64,000 nucleotides of DNA from an uncultured Bacteroidales bacterium (GTDB lineage: Bacteria > Bacteroidota > Bacteroidia > Bacteroidales > UBA932): NCBI GenBank assembly GCA_944326325.1, contig CALVDQ010000009.1:37556-101555 (forward strand), read 5' to 3'. The notes beneath the pieces are model-generated. The model was not told the origin of the DNA, did not search any database, and was given only the letters and a program-made list of their open reading frames with translations. The position numbers were made by a program, and so were the translations under genes. This document shows, one piece after another, positions 19,848 through 29,217 of this stretch. Position 1 is the first letter of the stretch, and every line of letters starts with the position of its first letter.

Positions 19848-21311
19848 ATGAAGTACTACGACAAACTCATATTCGAGCTTTCCAGGAAAGGACGCAAGGG
19901 ATGGTCCCTTCCGGAAAATACGTGGGAGAACACTCCGGAGGAACTTCCGGATACTCTCAAACGCTGCCAGGACCCCCGTCTTCCGGAGGTCAGCGAGCCG
20001 GATGTGGTAAGGCACTATGTGAACCTTTCCAATATGAACTTCGGTGTGGATACCGGCTTCTATCCGCTTGGAAGCTGCACTATGAAATACAACCCCAAGA
20101 TAAACGAGGAGACTTCCTCCCATCCGGGTTTCACGTCCTTGCATCCTCTGCAGCCGGCATCTACAGTGCAGGGGGCCTTGCGTATCTACCGGGAGCTTTC
20201 CGGATTCCTCTGCTCCCTGACCGGTATGTCAGCCTTTACCCTGAACCCGTTTGCCGGGGCGCATGGCGAACTTACCGGACTCATGGTTATGAGACAGTAC
20301 CATATCAGCCGCGGAGACACCCGCAGGACAAAGGTGATAGTTCCGGACAGCGCCCATGGCACGAATCCGGCCAGTGCTGCAGTCTGCGGCCTTGAAGTGG
20401 TCGAGGTGAAGTCCACTTCCCAGGGAGTCATCGACATTGAGGACCTGAAACCGCTTCTTGACGACACCGTGGCCGGTATCATGATGACCAATCCGAATAC
20501 TCTCGGGCTGTTCGAGACGGAGATACACGGGATAGCTTCGGCTGTCCATGCCGCAGGAGGCCTGCTCTACTACGACGGGGCGAATATGAACGCCCTTCTC
20601 GGAAAGGTGAGGCCGGGTGATATGGGCTTCGATATCATGCACCTTAACCTGCACAAGACCTTCTCTACCCCTCACGGAGGCGGAGGCCCCGGGGCCGGAC
20701 CGGTCGGAGTCACTGCAGAACTGGCACATCTCCTCCCGGCACCTGCGGTCACGGCCGCTCCTGACGGATGCTGTGAAGTCACCGGAAGCCCGGACAGTCT
20801 CGGCCGCATTTCCGGGTTCATGGGCAATTTCGGTGTCCTGGTCAGGGCATATACCTATATCCTGATGCTCGGAAAGGAGAACATCAGGAAGGTCGGGCCG
20901 TATTCCGTCCTGGCCGCCAATTACGTGAAAGAGTCTCTGAAGGATGTATACAGGCTTCCCGTACAGTCCCTGTGCAAGCATGAGTTCGTGTTTGACGGAC
21001 TTGCAGACAGCGGTACAGGAGTGACGACCCTCGACATCGCCAAGCGGCTGCTTGACTACGGTTTCCACGCTCCGACAATATATTTCCCTCTGCTCTTCCA
21101 CCAGTCGATCATGATCGAACCTACCGAGACCGAGTCGAAAGAGACCCTTGACGCCTTCATAGATGCGATGAGGAAGATTGCCGCAGAGGCGGAATCAGAT
21201 CCGGAACTGCTGAAATCCGCCCCGCATTCCACTCCTGTGCGAAGGCCGGACGAGACACTTGCAGCCACACATCCGGTGTTGGGATACCGTTTCGGGGAAG
21301 GAACTGAATGA
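19848..21311 (+). CDS. gcvPB: glycine dehydrogenase (decarboxylating) subunit 2 (PLP-binding)
   Basis: The ORF track begins at TTG 19830, but ATG 19848 ([12 protein letters not shown]) is more plausible. Contains the [19 protein letters not shown]-lysine block. Confidence 0.94.
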   Translation: MKYYDKLIFELSRKGRKGWSLPENTWENTPEELPDTLKRCQDPRLPEVSEPDVVRHYVNLSNMNFGVDTGFYPLGSCTMKYNPKINEETSSHPGFTSLHPLQPASTVQGALRIYRELSGFLCSLTGMSAFTLNPFAGAHGELTGLMVMRQYHISRGDTRRTKVIVPDSAHGTNPASAAVCGLEVVEVKSTSQGVIDIEDLKPLLDDTVAGIMMTNPNTLGLFETEIHGIASAVHAAGGLLYYDGANMNALLGKVRPGDMGFDIMHLNLHKTFSTPHGGGGPGAGPVGVTAELAHLLPAPAVTAAPDGCCEVTGSPDSLGRISGFMGNFGVLVRAYTYILMLGKENIRKVGPYSVLAANYVKESLKDVYRLPVQSLCKHEFVFDGLADSGTGVTTLDIAKRLLDYGFHAPTIYFPLLFHQSIMIEPTETESKETLDAFIDAMRKIAAEAESDPELLKSAPHSTPVRRPDETLAATHPVLGYRFGEGTE

Positions 21312-22714
21312 AACAAGGAGTCAAGATGAAACTACTGATAATAGGTGCGGGTCCCGGCGGCTATGAGACCGCCATCTCAGCCAGCAGGATGGGCTTTGAA
21401 ACCATCCTTATAGAGTCCGGCAATCTTGGAGGCACCTGTCTCAATGCCGGCTGCATACCGACCAAGGCATATTGCAGGAGTGCGGAAATAGCCGAAGAGG
21501 TCCGGATTTCACGGTCGTTCGGTATCGGGTCCGGCGGATGTACTGTCGATTTTCCTGCTGTCAAGGCAAGGAAGGACGGGATAGTCGAAAGCCTGAGGGC
21601 CGGGATCGGGACACTCCTGGAGCAATCCGGTGTACAGGTCGTGCACGGAAGGGCGGAATTCAGGGACGCACGTACGGTATCTGCGGATGGCGTGGAATAC
21701 ACGGCAGACTATGTCATCATTGCCACCGGTTCCGTTCCTGTAATGCCTGACATCCCCGGCATCACCCTGCCGCAGGTCCTGGATTCGACCTCTCTTCTGG
21801 AACTGGAGTCCCTTCCCGGCCGGCTCTGCATCATAGGCGGGGGTGTGATAGGCCTTGAGTTCGCTTCCGTCTTCAGGAGTTTCGGCTGTGAAGTGACAGT
21901 CATTGAGTTCTGCCGGGAGATTCTGCCACGTTTCGACCAGGACATAGCCAGGCGTCTAAGGCAGAGCCTGACAAAACGCGGAATAAGGTTTTCCCTGCAG
22001 TCATCCGTGACCTCTCTTGAGTCTGTACGGGAGGACGGAAGGGACTGTGTAAAGGTGCATTGGACCAGGAAAGGGGCAGGGGAAAGCTGCTTTGCCGACA
22101 AGGTGCTTGTAGCTGTGGGACGACGGCCGGACTGCCGTCTGTTGAATCCGCAAGCTGCCGGTGTCAAGGTGGAGAAGGGAGCTGTTCCTGTCGGTGAGGA
22201 CATGAGGACGAATGTACCTTGGATCTTCGCAATAGGTGACATTAACGGCCGCCAGCTCCTTGCCCATGCTGCCGTGTTCCAGGGAAAAAGGGCTCTTGCC
22301 ACTATCGCGCGTGACCTATCCCCGGCCGGGCAAAATACAGTGTGCCCGGGAGACGGTCAGGCAGATCTTTCCGTAATGCCGTCTGCGGTGTTTACCATGC
22401 CGGAAGCGGCTTCCGTCGGGTTGACAGAGGAGGAATGCAGGGAAAGGAATGTCGGATACAAGGTTTTCCGGTCATTCTTCCGTGCCAACGGCAAGGCTGT
22501 ATGTCTCGGTGACACCGAAGGACTGTGCAAGATGCTTGTATCCACGGAAGACGGAGCTATCCTCGGCTGCCATATAACCGGTCCCGGTGCTGCCGGGATG
22601 GTACAGGAGGCAGCTGCCCTTATGTCTGCCCATGCCGGTCTGGATGCGTTGCGGAATACTGTCCACATACACCCGACTCTTGGCGAAGTACTCCTTGCTG
22701 CAGCTGATGCCTGA
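21308..22714 (+). CDS. lpdA: dihydrolipoyl dehydrogenase (L protein / E3)
   Basis: Contains IIGAGPGGY (FAD), [13 protein letters not shown] (redox disulfide) and the C-terminal HIHPTLGE block. ATG 21308 overlaps the gcvPB stop (ATGA); an alternative start is ATG 21326. Confidence 0.93.
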   Translation: MKQGVKMKLLIIGAGPGGYETAISASRMGFETILIESGNLGGTCLNAGCIPTKAYCRSAEIAEEVRISRSFGIGSGGCTVDFPAVKARKDGIVESLRAGIGTLLEQSGVQVVHGRAEFRDARTVSADGVEYTADYVIIATGSVPVMPDIPGITLPQVLDSTSLLELESLPGRLCIIGGGVIGLEFASVFRSFGCEVTVIEFCREILPRFDQDIARRLRQSLTKRGIRFSLQSSVTSLESVREDGRDCVKVHWTRKGAGESCFADKVLVAVGRRPDCRLLNPQAAGVKVEKGAVPVGEDMRTNVPWIFAIGDINGRQLLAHAAVFQGKRALATIARDLSPAGQNTVCPGDGQADLSVMPSAVFTMPEAASVGLTEEECRERNVGYKVFRSFFRANGKAVCLGDTEGLCKMLVSTEDGAILGCHITGPGAAGMVQEAAALMSAHAGLDALRNTVHIHPTLGEVLLAAADA

Positions 22715-22715
22715 A

Positions 22716-23315
22716 TCAGAGGATTCCTTCCGCCATGAACATCTTCCGGTAAAGCTCCGCCTTCTTCTCCAGGGCAAGCGGATAGGCCCGCGAAGAGGAC
22801 GGCATTCTCCATAGCCTGCATTCCCGGAACCCGGAGCCGCCGTTGACGTCCACGACTTTTACGTCGACGCAGCTTCCGGGCGACGGTACTTCGCATCCGA
22901 ACGTCCCGGCGGCTGTTTCGGCAGCTTTCTGGCCTGTAACGGCTACTGTATGGCAACCTGGAATCCTGCCCAGCAGTTCCGGGATGTCCGTAGCTTTCAC
23001 GATTTCGAGGAATTTGTCCGATGCGTTGTCCTTCAGCCGCCTCACTTCGGAAGCCGTGTCGAACAGGGCAATACCGGCCACGCTGCAGAACCCGGTTATG
23101 GCATCCTTGTCGAAATGCCTGCCGTCTCCGGCGATGAAACGGTTCCTGTCCCCGAAGAAAACCAGCCCCATGATCCTCCACATATCGTTGTTGAAGTTGG
23201 GGTAGAAGAAGTCCATGGACCATCTTTCCTGTTTGGGCGGAAAACTGCCGAGCATCAGCAGTCGGGCGCCTTCCGGAAGGAACGGTTCCAACGGATGCCT
23301 TTCATTCCTGACCAT
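22716..23315 (-). CDS. uracil-DNA glycosylase superfamily protein, DNA-deoxyinosine (hypoxanthine) glycosylase-like
   Basis: ORF 22716..23429. I chose the internal start MVRNERHPLEPF because the upstream gene extends down to 23302. The LMLGSFPP...FFYPNFNNDMWRIMG block resembles family-6-type UDGs from memory. Confidence 0.6.
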   Translation of the reverse strand: MVRNERHPLEPFLPEGARLLMLGSFPPKQERWSMDFFYPNFNNDMWRIMGLVFFGDRNRFIAGDGRHFDKDAITGFCSVAGIALFDTASEVRRLKDNASDKFLEIVKATDIPELLGRIPGCHTVAVTGQKAAETAAGTFGCEVPSPGSCVDVKVVDVNGGSGFRECRLWRMPSSSRAYPLALEKKAELYRKMFMAEGIL

Positions 23316-24441
23316 GACAGTCTCCTGTTCCGGGCTTTTCCGGAATTGTCCCGCGTACGTCATCCCCGGATTCCTGCCGGGTCTCGGGAGGATCCGCAGA
23401 TACCGGGACATCTTCCTCATCATCGGCAAGGTACTCTTTTCTGAACATATCCAGGAAAAGCAGGAAGAGGGATACGAGCAGCGGTCCGAAGATGATGCCG
23501 ATGAATCCGAATATCTGCAGTCCCGCCACCACTCCGAATATCGTTATCAGCGGATGCGTGTTCGCCAGTTTCTTCTGGAGGATGAATCTGATCAGGTTGT
23601 CGCTCTGGGAAATGAAGACCGCGCTGAAGAGCAGCAGCCCGATGGCTTTTCCCCACAGGCCGAGCGCCATGAAATATATGCTCAGTGGCACCCAGACCAC
23701 CATTGTTCCCACTATCGGGACTACAGAGCACAATCCTGTCAGAAATGCCGAAAGAAAGGCGTTCGGGACCCCGAAGAACATATATCCGATCCAGGCTATG
23801 AGACCCTGTATCAGGGCAAGGAGCGGAATCCCGATCGCGTTTGACTTCACCATGGTGTTCACCTTGTCTATCGTTTCCTGCTTGTTCACTTTTTTCATCG
23901 GGATTAGGGAGGAGAGGTATTTCTCCATTTTCCGGCCTCCGGTGAGCAGGAAGAAGAGCAGTATCAGGGCTGCGAAGATGTTGATGAAGAAATCCCCGAT
24001 TCCGTTTATGACCGACTGTCCCAGAGCCGTGATCTTTCCGGCAGCGAAGGTTATGTTCTTCTCGGATATCAGGTCTATGCCGAACTTTTCCTTCAGAATG
24101 TCGATTGTTTGCATGACCGGGGCTACTATGGCGTTAGTGTTCCAGTTTACCTGCTGCAGTTTTGATATTATGAACCAGACCAGCAGCGAAAGCGGGATTA
24201 CGATGAAAAGCACAACGCATATCAGGATGATAGTCGCGGAAAGCACCGGACGTCCTGTCTTCTCGGTCAGCCTGAATGCAGGCTTGCGCAGAAGTATGTA
24301 CAGCGTGAATGCTGCGAGGACTCCGCTGATGAACGGCCTGGCCTGGTTGAAGAGTATTATGCCGAGGCCGAAAATAAGAATCAGCAGGGCGTACTCCCAA
24401 ATGAGTTCCCTGCTGATGCTGTTTCTGTGTTGTCTTTCCAT
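23302..24441 (-). CDS. AI-2E family transporter (PerM/UPF0118 permease)
   Basis: 379 aa and about 8 TM helices with family-typical blocks, plus an acidic C-terminal tail. Confidence 0.85.
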   Translation of the reverse strand: MERQHRNSISRELIWEYALLILIFGLGIILFNQARPFISGVLAAFTLYILLRKPAFRLTEKTGRPVLSATIILICVVLFIVIPLSLLVWFIISKLQQVNWNTNAIVAPVMQTIDILKEKFGIDLISEKNITFAAGKITALGQSVINGIGDFFINIFAALILLFFLLTGGRKMEKYLSSLIPMKKVNKQETIDKVNTMVKSNAIGIPLLALIQGLIAWIGYMFFGVPNAFLSAFLTGLCSVVPIVGTMVVWVPLSIYFMALGLWGKAIGLLLFSAVFISQSDNLIRFILQKKLANTHPLITIFGVVAGLQIFGFIGIIFGPLLVSLFLLFLDMFRKEYLADDEEDVPVSADPPETRQESGDDVRGTIPEKPGTGDCHGQE

Positions 24442-24462
24442 TTTGGAAAATCCGGACGTATC

Positions 24463-25629
24463 CTAGAAAAGTTCGTCGAGCTTGTCGTAAAGCTCCTGGC
24501 TTTCGCCTACGAATACCTGTACGATGTTTCCATCCTTGTCAATGAGGACTTTGGTAGGGAAGCCGTCCACGGCGTATGTCTTCAGTATCTCATCCGAGCT
24601 GCCGTTGTAGAGGTTGGTCCAGTCCAGACCTTCAGACTCTACCGTCTCCCTCCATGTCTCTTCCGAGTCGCGGCAGTTGATCCCGACGAATTCTATCCTG
24701 CTGCTGTATTTTCCGTAATATTTCTTCATGTCCGGCATACCCTTCATGCACCAGTAGCACCATTTGCCCCAGAAGTCGAGGAGCACATACTTGCCCCTGA
24801 AAGAAGCGAGGGTGCGTTCATTGCCGTCGATGTCCTTCAGGCTGAATTCCGGAGCCGGTTTCCCCGGCTGGATGTTCACCTTGTTCTTCTCCTTTTCAAT
24901 CGCTGTCTCGAAGTACGAAGCCAGCTCGTCGAGATGCTTGCCCAGTGCGCTTTCCTTTACGGTGGAACTCAGGAGATTGTAGGATTCAAGCCCTTTTTCC
25001 GGATTCATGAAGAGGGTAAGGTAGCCCGAAGTGAGGTCATCCGGATTGTTCTTCACATACTCCGCATAAATGCTGTCCCGCTTTGCGGTCAGGAGGTCAT
25101 ATTCGCCGCTCAGTGCCTGCTGGCCCACGATGTCGTTCTCAGCGATCCCGGCAGCCTTCCCGTACAGATCCTTGAATTCCTGTTTCAGGGTCTTGAAGCC
25201 CTCGAACTTTGCCAGTCCGTCGTATATCGTGGTCCCGCTGAGCTCCGGATCGGAAATGCTGCCGGAGACTTTCACCTTCTCGCCCGGCAGTACATATATA
25301 GGTTCCGGCATCATTGACTGATAGTCTTTCAGGGGAAGGATGTAGACCATGAACATCGCCGTGTCCTTGAAGTCAACGGCGAATTTTCCGTTTTCGGCCA
25401 CTACTGTGTCTACGGCTACGGGACGGTTCGAGCCGGTCTGGAATATATGTACCGTAAGGGTGTCATTCCCGATGTCGGAAAAAGTTCCGGTGATGTGTCT
25501 GTCAGAGTTGCAGCTGCTCAAGGCAAGCAGCCCTGCCATTGCCGCAGTCGCCGCTGCGGCCGGTCTTAGGATCAGTTTCATATTTCTTTCCTTTTTTGAT
25601 TTTATTCTGTCTTGTCTTTCCGTCTGCAC
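24463..25629 (-). CDS. TlpA-like thiol-disulfide oxidoreductase lipoprotein (thioredoxin fold with an N-terminal DUF4369-like domain)
   Basis: 388 aa with a lipobox LLALSSC. The C-terminal redoxin domain carries the WGKWCYWC (CxxC) motif. Confidence 0.85.
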   Translation of the reverse strand: MQTERQDRIKSKKERNMKLILRPAAAATAAMAGLLALSSCNSDRHITGTFSDIGNDTLTVHIFQTGSNRPVAVDTVVAENGKFAVDFKDTAMFMVYILPLKDYQSMMPEPIYVLPGEKVKVSGSISDPELSGTTIYDGLAKFEGFKTLKQEFKDLYGKAAGIAENDIVGQQALSGEYDLLTAKRDSIYAEYVKNNPDDLTSGYLTLFMNPEKGLESYNLLSSTVKESALGKHLDELASYFETAIEKEKNKVNIQPGKPAPEFSLKDIDGNERTLASFRGKYVLLDFWGKWCYWCMKGMPDMKKYYGKYSSRIEFVGINCRDSEETWRETVESEGLDWTNLYNGSSDEILKTYAVDGFPTKVLIDKDGNIVQVFVGESQELYDKLDELF

Positions 25630-25810
25630 GGATTCTACAAAATTAGCTATAATATCGTTCCTTTCAAAATTATTTTGCCTCCGTCGGTCCGTGGCGGCGG
25701 TTCCGGTGAAATTCTTTTTGATATTTCCCGAAACAGTTCCTAATTTTACCGGAATTCCGCGCAGCCTTTGCGGGTGACGTGGAAAACGGTAAAAACAGTA
25801 GGATGCAACG

Positions 25811-27604
25811 ATGATAGTCTGTATAGCGGAAAAGCCGAGCGTGGCGAGGGAAATAGCCGGAGTGCTGGGAGCCGACAGGAAGATGTCCGGGTATATGGAG
25901 GGAAACGGGTACCAGGTGACCTGGACTTTCGGCCATCTGTGTACTTTGAAGGAGCCTCATGACTATGATCCCGGATGGAAGACATGGATGCTTTCCTCGC
26001 TGCCGGTAATACCTCCCAGGTTCGGGATAAAGCTCATAGACAACGAAGTTTATGTGGCGCAGTTCAATGTAATAAAGACTCTGATGCAGAAAGCCGACGA
26101 GATCATCAACTGCGGGGATGCCGGACAGGAGGGCGAACTGATACAGAGGTGGGTGATGCTGAAGGCCGGAGCGAAGTGTCCGGTCCGCCGGCTCTGGATT
26201 TCATCCCTGACGGAAGAATCGATAAGGGAAGGTTTTGCCCATCTCAGGCCCGAGTCGGACTTCAATTCCCTCTACGAAGCAGGACTTGCGAGGGCGATAG
26301 GTGACTGGATCCTGGGTATAAATGCCACCAGACTCTATACTCTCCGCTATGCATGGAAACGGCAGGTACTTTCGATCGGACGGGTGCAGACCCCGACCCT
26401 TGCCATGATTGTGAAACGCCAGGCGGAGATAGACAATTTTGTCCCGGCCCCATACTGGGAACTGAAGACGGTCTACAGGGAGGTCACCTTTTCCGCCGCG
26501 AAAGGCCGGTTCGACAGGAAAGAGGATGGGGAGAAGCTGCTTTCCGAAGTCGCCGGGACGGATTTCACAGTCACAGGTGTATCGGAAAAAAAAGGAAAGG
26601 AGGCTCCTCCGAGACTGTTCGACCTGACTTCACTCCAGGTTGAATGCAACAGAAAGTATTCTTTCAGCGCGGATGAGACCCTGAAGCTTATCCAGACCCT
26701 GTACGAAAAGAAGGTGACAACCTATCCGAGAGTGGACACGACCTTCCTGAGCGACGACATATATCCCAAGGTGCCGAAAATCCTGGCCGGACTGGCTGGA
26801 TATTCCGAGTTTACGGCTCCTTTGAAGAACGCCAGGCTGCCGAAGAGCAGGAAAGTCTTCGACAACTCCAAAGTGACGGACCACCATGCCATCATCCCTA
26901 CAGGGGTGCCGGCCACATCGCTGACTGCCGAAGAAAGGAAGGTCTATGATCTTGTGGCAAGGCGCTTTATTGCGGCGTTCTATCCTGACTGCGAGGTCTC
27001 CACAACCACGGTTTCCGGGAATGCCGGCAATGTGGAGTTCAAGGCTTCCGGAAAACGTATTGTCAGGCCTGGCTGGAGGGTAGTCTTTGCTTCAGCCGCT
27101 CCGGGACAGGATACGGATGCCGGCGATGAGAGGAAAACCTCCGGAGAAGATGACAACGGGATACTTCCGGAGTTCAGGAAAGGGGAGAGCGGGCCCCATA
27201 CCCCTCATCTGAAAGAAACCTGGACCACTCCGCCCAAGCCGTACACCGAGGCGACCCTGCTCCGGGCTATGGAAACGGCCGGAAAGACAGTGGACAATGA
27301 TGAACTGCGCGATGCCTTGAAAGAGAACGGTATAGGCCGTCCCTCCACGAGGGCTGCGATCATCGAGACTCTTTTCAAGCGTAATTATATAAGGAAGGAG
27401 AAGAAGAGCCTTTATCCGACACAGACCGGCAAGGAACTCATCGGAACTATCCGGGAGGAGCTTCTGAAAAGTGCCGAACTGACAGGGCTTTGGGAAAAGA
27501 AACTGCGTATGATAGAGGCAGGTACCTACCAGGCCGGACTGTTCCTGGACGAACTGAAGGATATGGTGAGGAAGATCGTGGTCAATGTCCTTTCGGAGAC
27601 ATAG
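25811..27604 (+). CDS. topB: type IA DNA topoisomerase (topoisomerase III-like)
   Basis: 597 aa. N-terminal TOPRIM (MIVCIAEKPSVAREIA, DAGQEGELI) and the TYPRVDT active-site Tyr block. No C-terminal zinc-finger extension. Confidence 0.88.
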   Translation: MIVCIAEKPSVAREIAGVLGADRKMSGYMEGNGYQVTWTFGHLCTLKEPHDYDPGWKTWMLSSLPVIPPRFGIKLIDNEVYVAQFNVIKTLMQKADEIINCGDAGQEGELIQRWVMLKAGAKCPVRRLWISSLTEESIREGFAHLRPESDFNSLYEAGLARAIGDWILGINATRLYTLRYAWKRQVLSIGRVQTPTLAMIVKRQAEIDNFVPAPYWELKTVYREVTFSAAKGRFDRKEDGEKLLSEVAGTDFTVTGVSEKKGKEAPPRLFDLTSLQVECNRKYSFSADETLKLIQTLYEKKVTTYPRVDTTFLSDDIYPKVPKILAGLAGYSEFTAPLKNARLPKSRKVFDNSKVTDHHAIIPTGVPATSLTAEERKVYDLVARRFIAAFYPDCEVSTTTVSGNAGNVEFKASGKRIVRPGWRVVFASAAPGQDTDAGDERKTSGEDDNGILPEFRKGESGPHTPHLKETWTTPPKPYTEATLLRAMETAGKTVDNDELRDALKENGIGRPSTRAAIIETLFKRNYIRKEKKSLYPTQTGKELIGTIREELLKSAELTGLWEKKLRMIEAGTYQAGLFLDELKDMVRKIVVNVLSET

Positions 27605-27789
27605 AGGAACGGAAATTATCGTTTTCCAGAAAGTATCTGAAAATTTTTTGCTTTTTTAAAGAAAAAATTCCCGAATAAAGGTTTTTGGCACGGATGTTGC
27701 AAAATCTTCAGGCGTGCTGGTCAAGTGTGATCCAAGACACTTACAGCATGTTGGTTATTAGTTTTAGTGTTATTAATTATGTGGTTAGT

Positions 27790-27828
27790 ATGAGGGTCTG
27801 CACGTGAGTGTCGATTCTCATTTTTTTT
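27790..27828 (+). terminator. terminator-like hairpin followed by T8
   Basis: ATGAGGGTC / GATTCTCAT pair as 7 Watson-Crick plus 2 G:U pairs with a 14-nt loop. A T-run follows at 27821-27828. It lies 186 nt downstream of the topB stop. Confidence 0.4.
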
Positions 27829-27876
27829 ATACCCCTTCCATGATGCATCCTCGGTATGAAAATATCGGGATCCCTG

Positions 27877-29217
27877 TCAGGCCTTTGCTATCTTCTTGTG
27901 GAAGCGGAGGCAGAACATGAGACCGGCACTTGTCAGGCCGAGCGGAAAGGACATCCATATTCCGGGCAGGCCCCAGTCGAGGACGAAACCGAAGATGTAG
28001 CCGGCTGGGAGCGAAATCACGAAATAGGCGATAAAGGCGATGTACACTACCGGCTTGACATCGGAGATTCCCCGCAGGGCATTGGAATAGGCGCATTGCA
28101 GTCCGTCTCCGAACTGGTAGATAATGAACGGGAGCACCAGCTGTGAAACGAGTGCCGCCACTTCGGCATTTCCGGAGAACAGGATGCCGAGCTTGTCCCT
28201 AAGCGAGAAGATCAGGACCGAAACCACGGCAGACATCATCAGTATAAGCTGGAATCCGGCACTTGCTGATGTCCTTACGTTCCTCATGTCCCCCTGCCCG
28301 AGGAAATGGCTGACCCTCACGGCTATGGCTGCAGCCATACCGTAGTACAGCATGAATCCGAGCTGCCCTGCGGTAAGCATGACCTGATGGGCGGCAAGAG
28401 GCAGGGTCCCGAGCCAGCCGACCATGATCGTGGCAAGGCTGAACGAACCTGTCTCCATACCCATCTGAAGCCCTACCGGCCATCCGAGCTTGTTCAAGGC
28501 GGTGAAATCAGCCCTGTTCAGCCTGCCTGAATAAAAGCCTTTCCGGTATTGCGCATAGCGTCCGGAGAAGAAGAAGATTCCGGCGAAGATGCCGAGGGTG
28601 AGGAACCTTGACAGCAGGGTGGATATGCCGGCCCCGAGCAGTCCGAGTTCAGGACAGCCGAGTTTCCCGAAGATCAGGCACCAGTTCCCGAAAATGTTGA
28701 ATACATTTCCCGTGAGGAGTATCCACATCGGGGTGACCGTGTCGGTGATCCCGTCGGCGAACTGTTTGAACGCATTGAAAAGCAGTATCGGGAGAAGGGA
28801 TATGAGGAGGATGATGTAGTACGGCCGGATAAGCGGCATGAGTTCTTCAGGCTGTCCCAGCAGGTGAAGATTCATGTACACCACGCTCATCAGCAGTACC
28901 AGAAGGACGGCGACCAGGGAGTTGGCGGCAAGACTGTTTTTCAGGACTCTTCCTATATCCCCGGACCTTTGCTGTCCGGCAAGCCGGCCGATTATGGGCG
29001 TGAGACCGTAGGAAAAGCCTGTCGAGAAGATAATGACAAGGTTGAATACGTTGTTCACAAAACTGGCGGCTGCCAGGTCTTCGGTATGGTAGTGCCCCAC
29101 CATGATCGTGTCGGCGAAACTGACGAGGATGATCCCCAGCTGGCCGATAATGATGGGCAGTCCGAGACCCAGCAGCGGCTTGTAATGTCTTGTGTAGAGG
29201 CTAAATCTTGTCTCCAT
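27877..29217 (-). CDS. MATE family efflux transporter (NorM-like)
   Basis: 446 aa and 12 TM helices with MATE N-terminal blocks ([24 protein letters not shown]). Its start overlaps the rho stop region by 17 nt. Confidence 0.9.
   Translation of the reverse strand: METRFSLYTRHYKPLLGLGLPIIIGQLGIILVSFADTIMVGHYHTEDLAAASFVNNVFNLVIIFSTGFSYGLTPIIGRLAGQQRSGDIGRVLKNSLAANSLVAVLLVLLMSVVYMNLHLLGQPEELMPLIRPYYIILLISLLPILLFNAFKQFADGITDTVTPMWILLTGNVFNIFGNWCLIFGKLGCPELGLLGAGISTLLSRFLTLGIFAGIFFFSGRYAQYRKGFYSGRLNRADFTALNKLGWPVGLQMGMETGSFSLATIMVGWLGTLPLAAHQVMLTAGQLGFMLYYGMAAAIAVRVSHFLGQGDMRNVRTSASAGFQLILMMSAVVSVLIFSLRDKLGILFSGNAEVAALVSQLVLPFIIYQFGDGLQCAYSNALRGISDVKPVVYIAFIAYFVISLPAGYIFGFVLDWGLPGIWMSFPLGLTSAGLMFCLRFHKKIAKA

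Noticed and set aside
26586-26593. A8 homopolymer inside topB (encoding …EKKGKE…)
   Set aside because: A/T runs of this length are common in Lys-rich stretches and much less slippage-prone than G/C tracts. Phase variation of a housekeeping topoisomerase is implausible.
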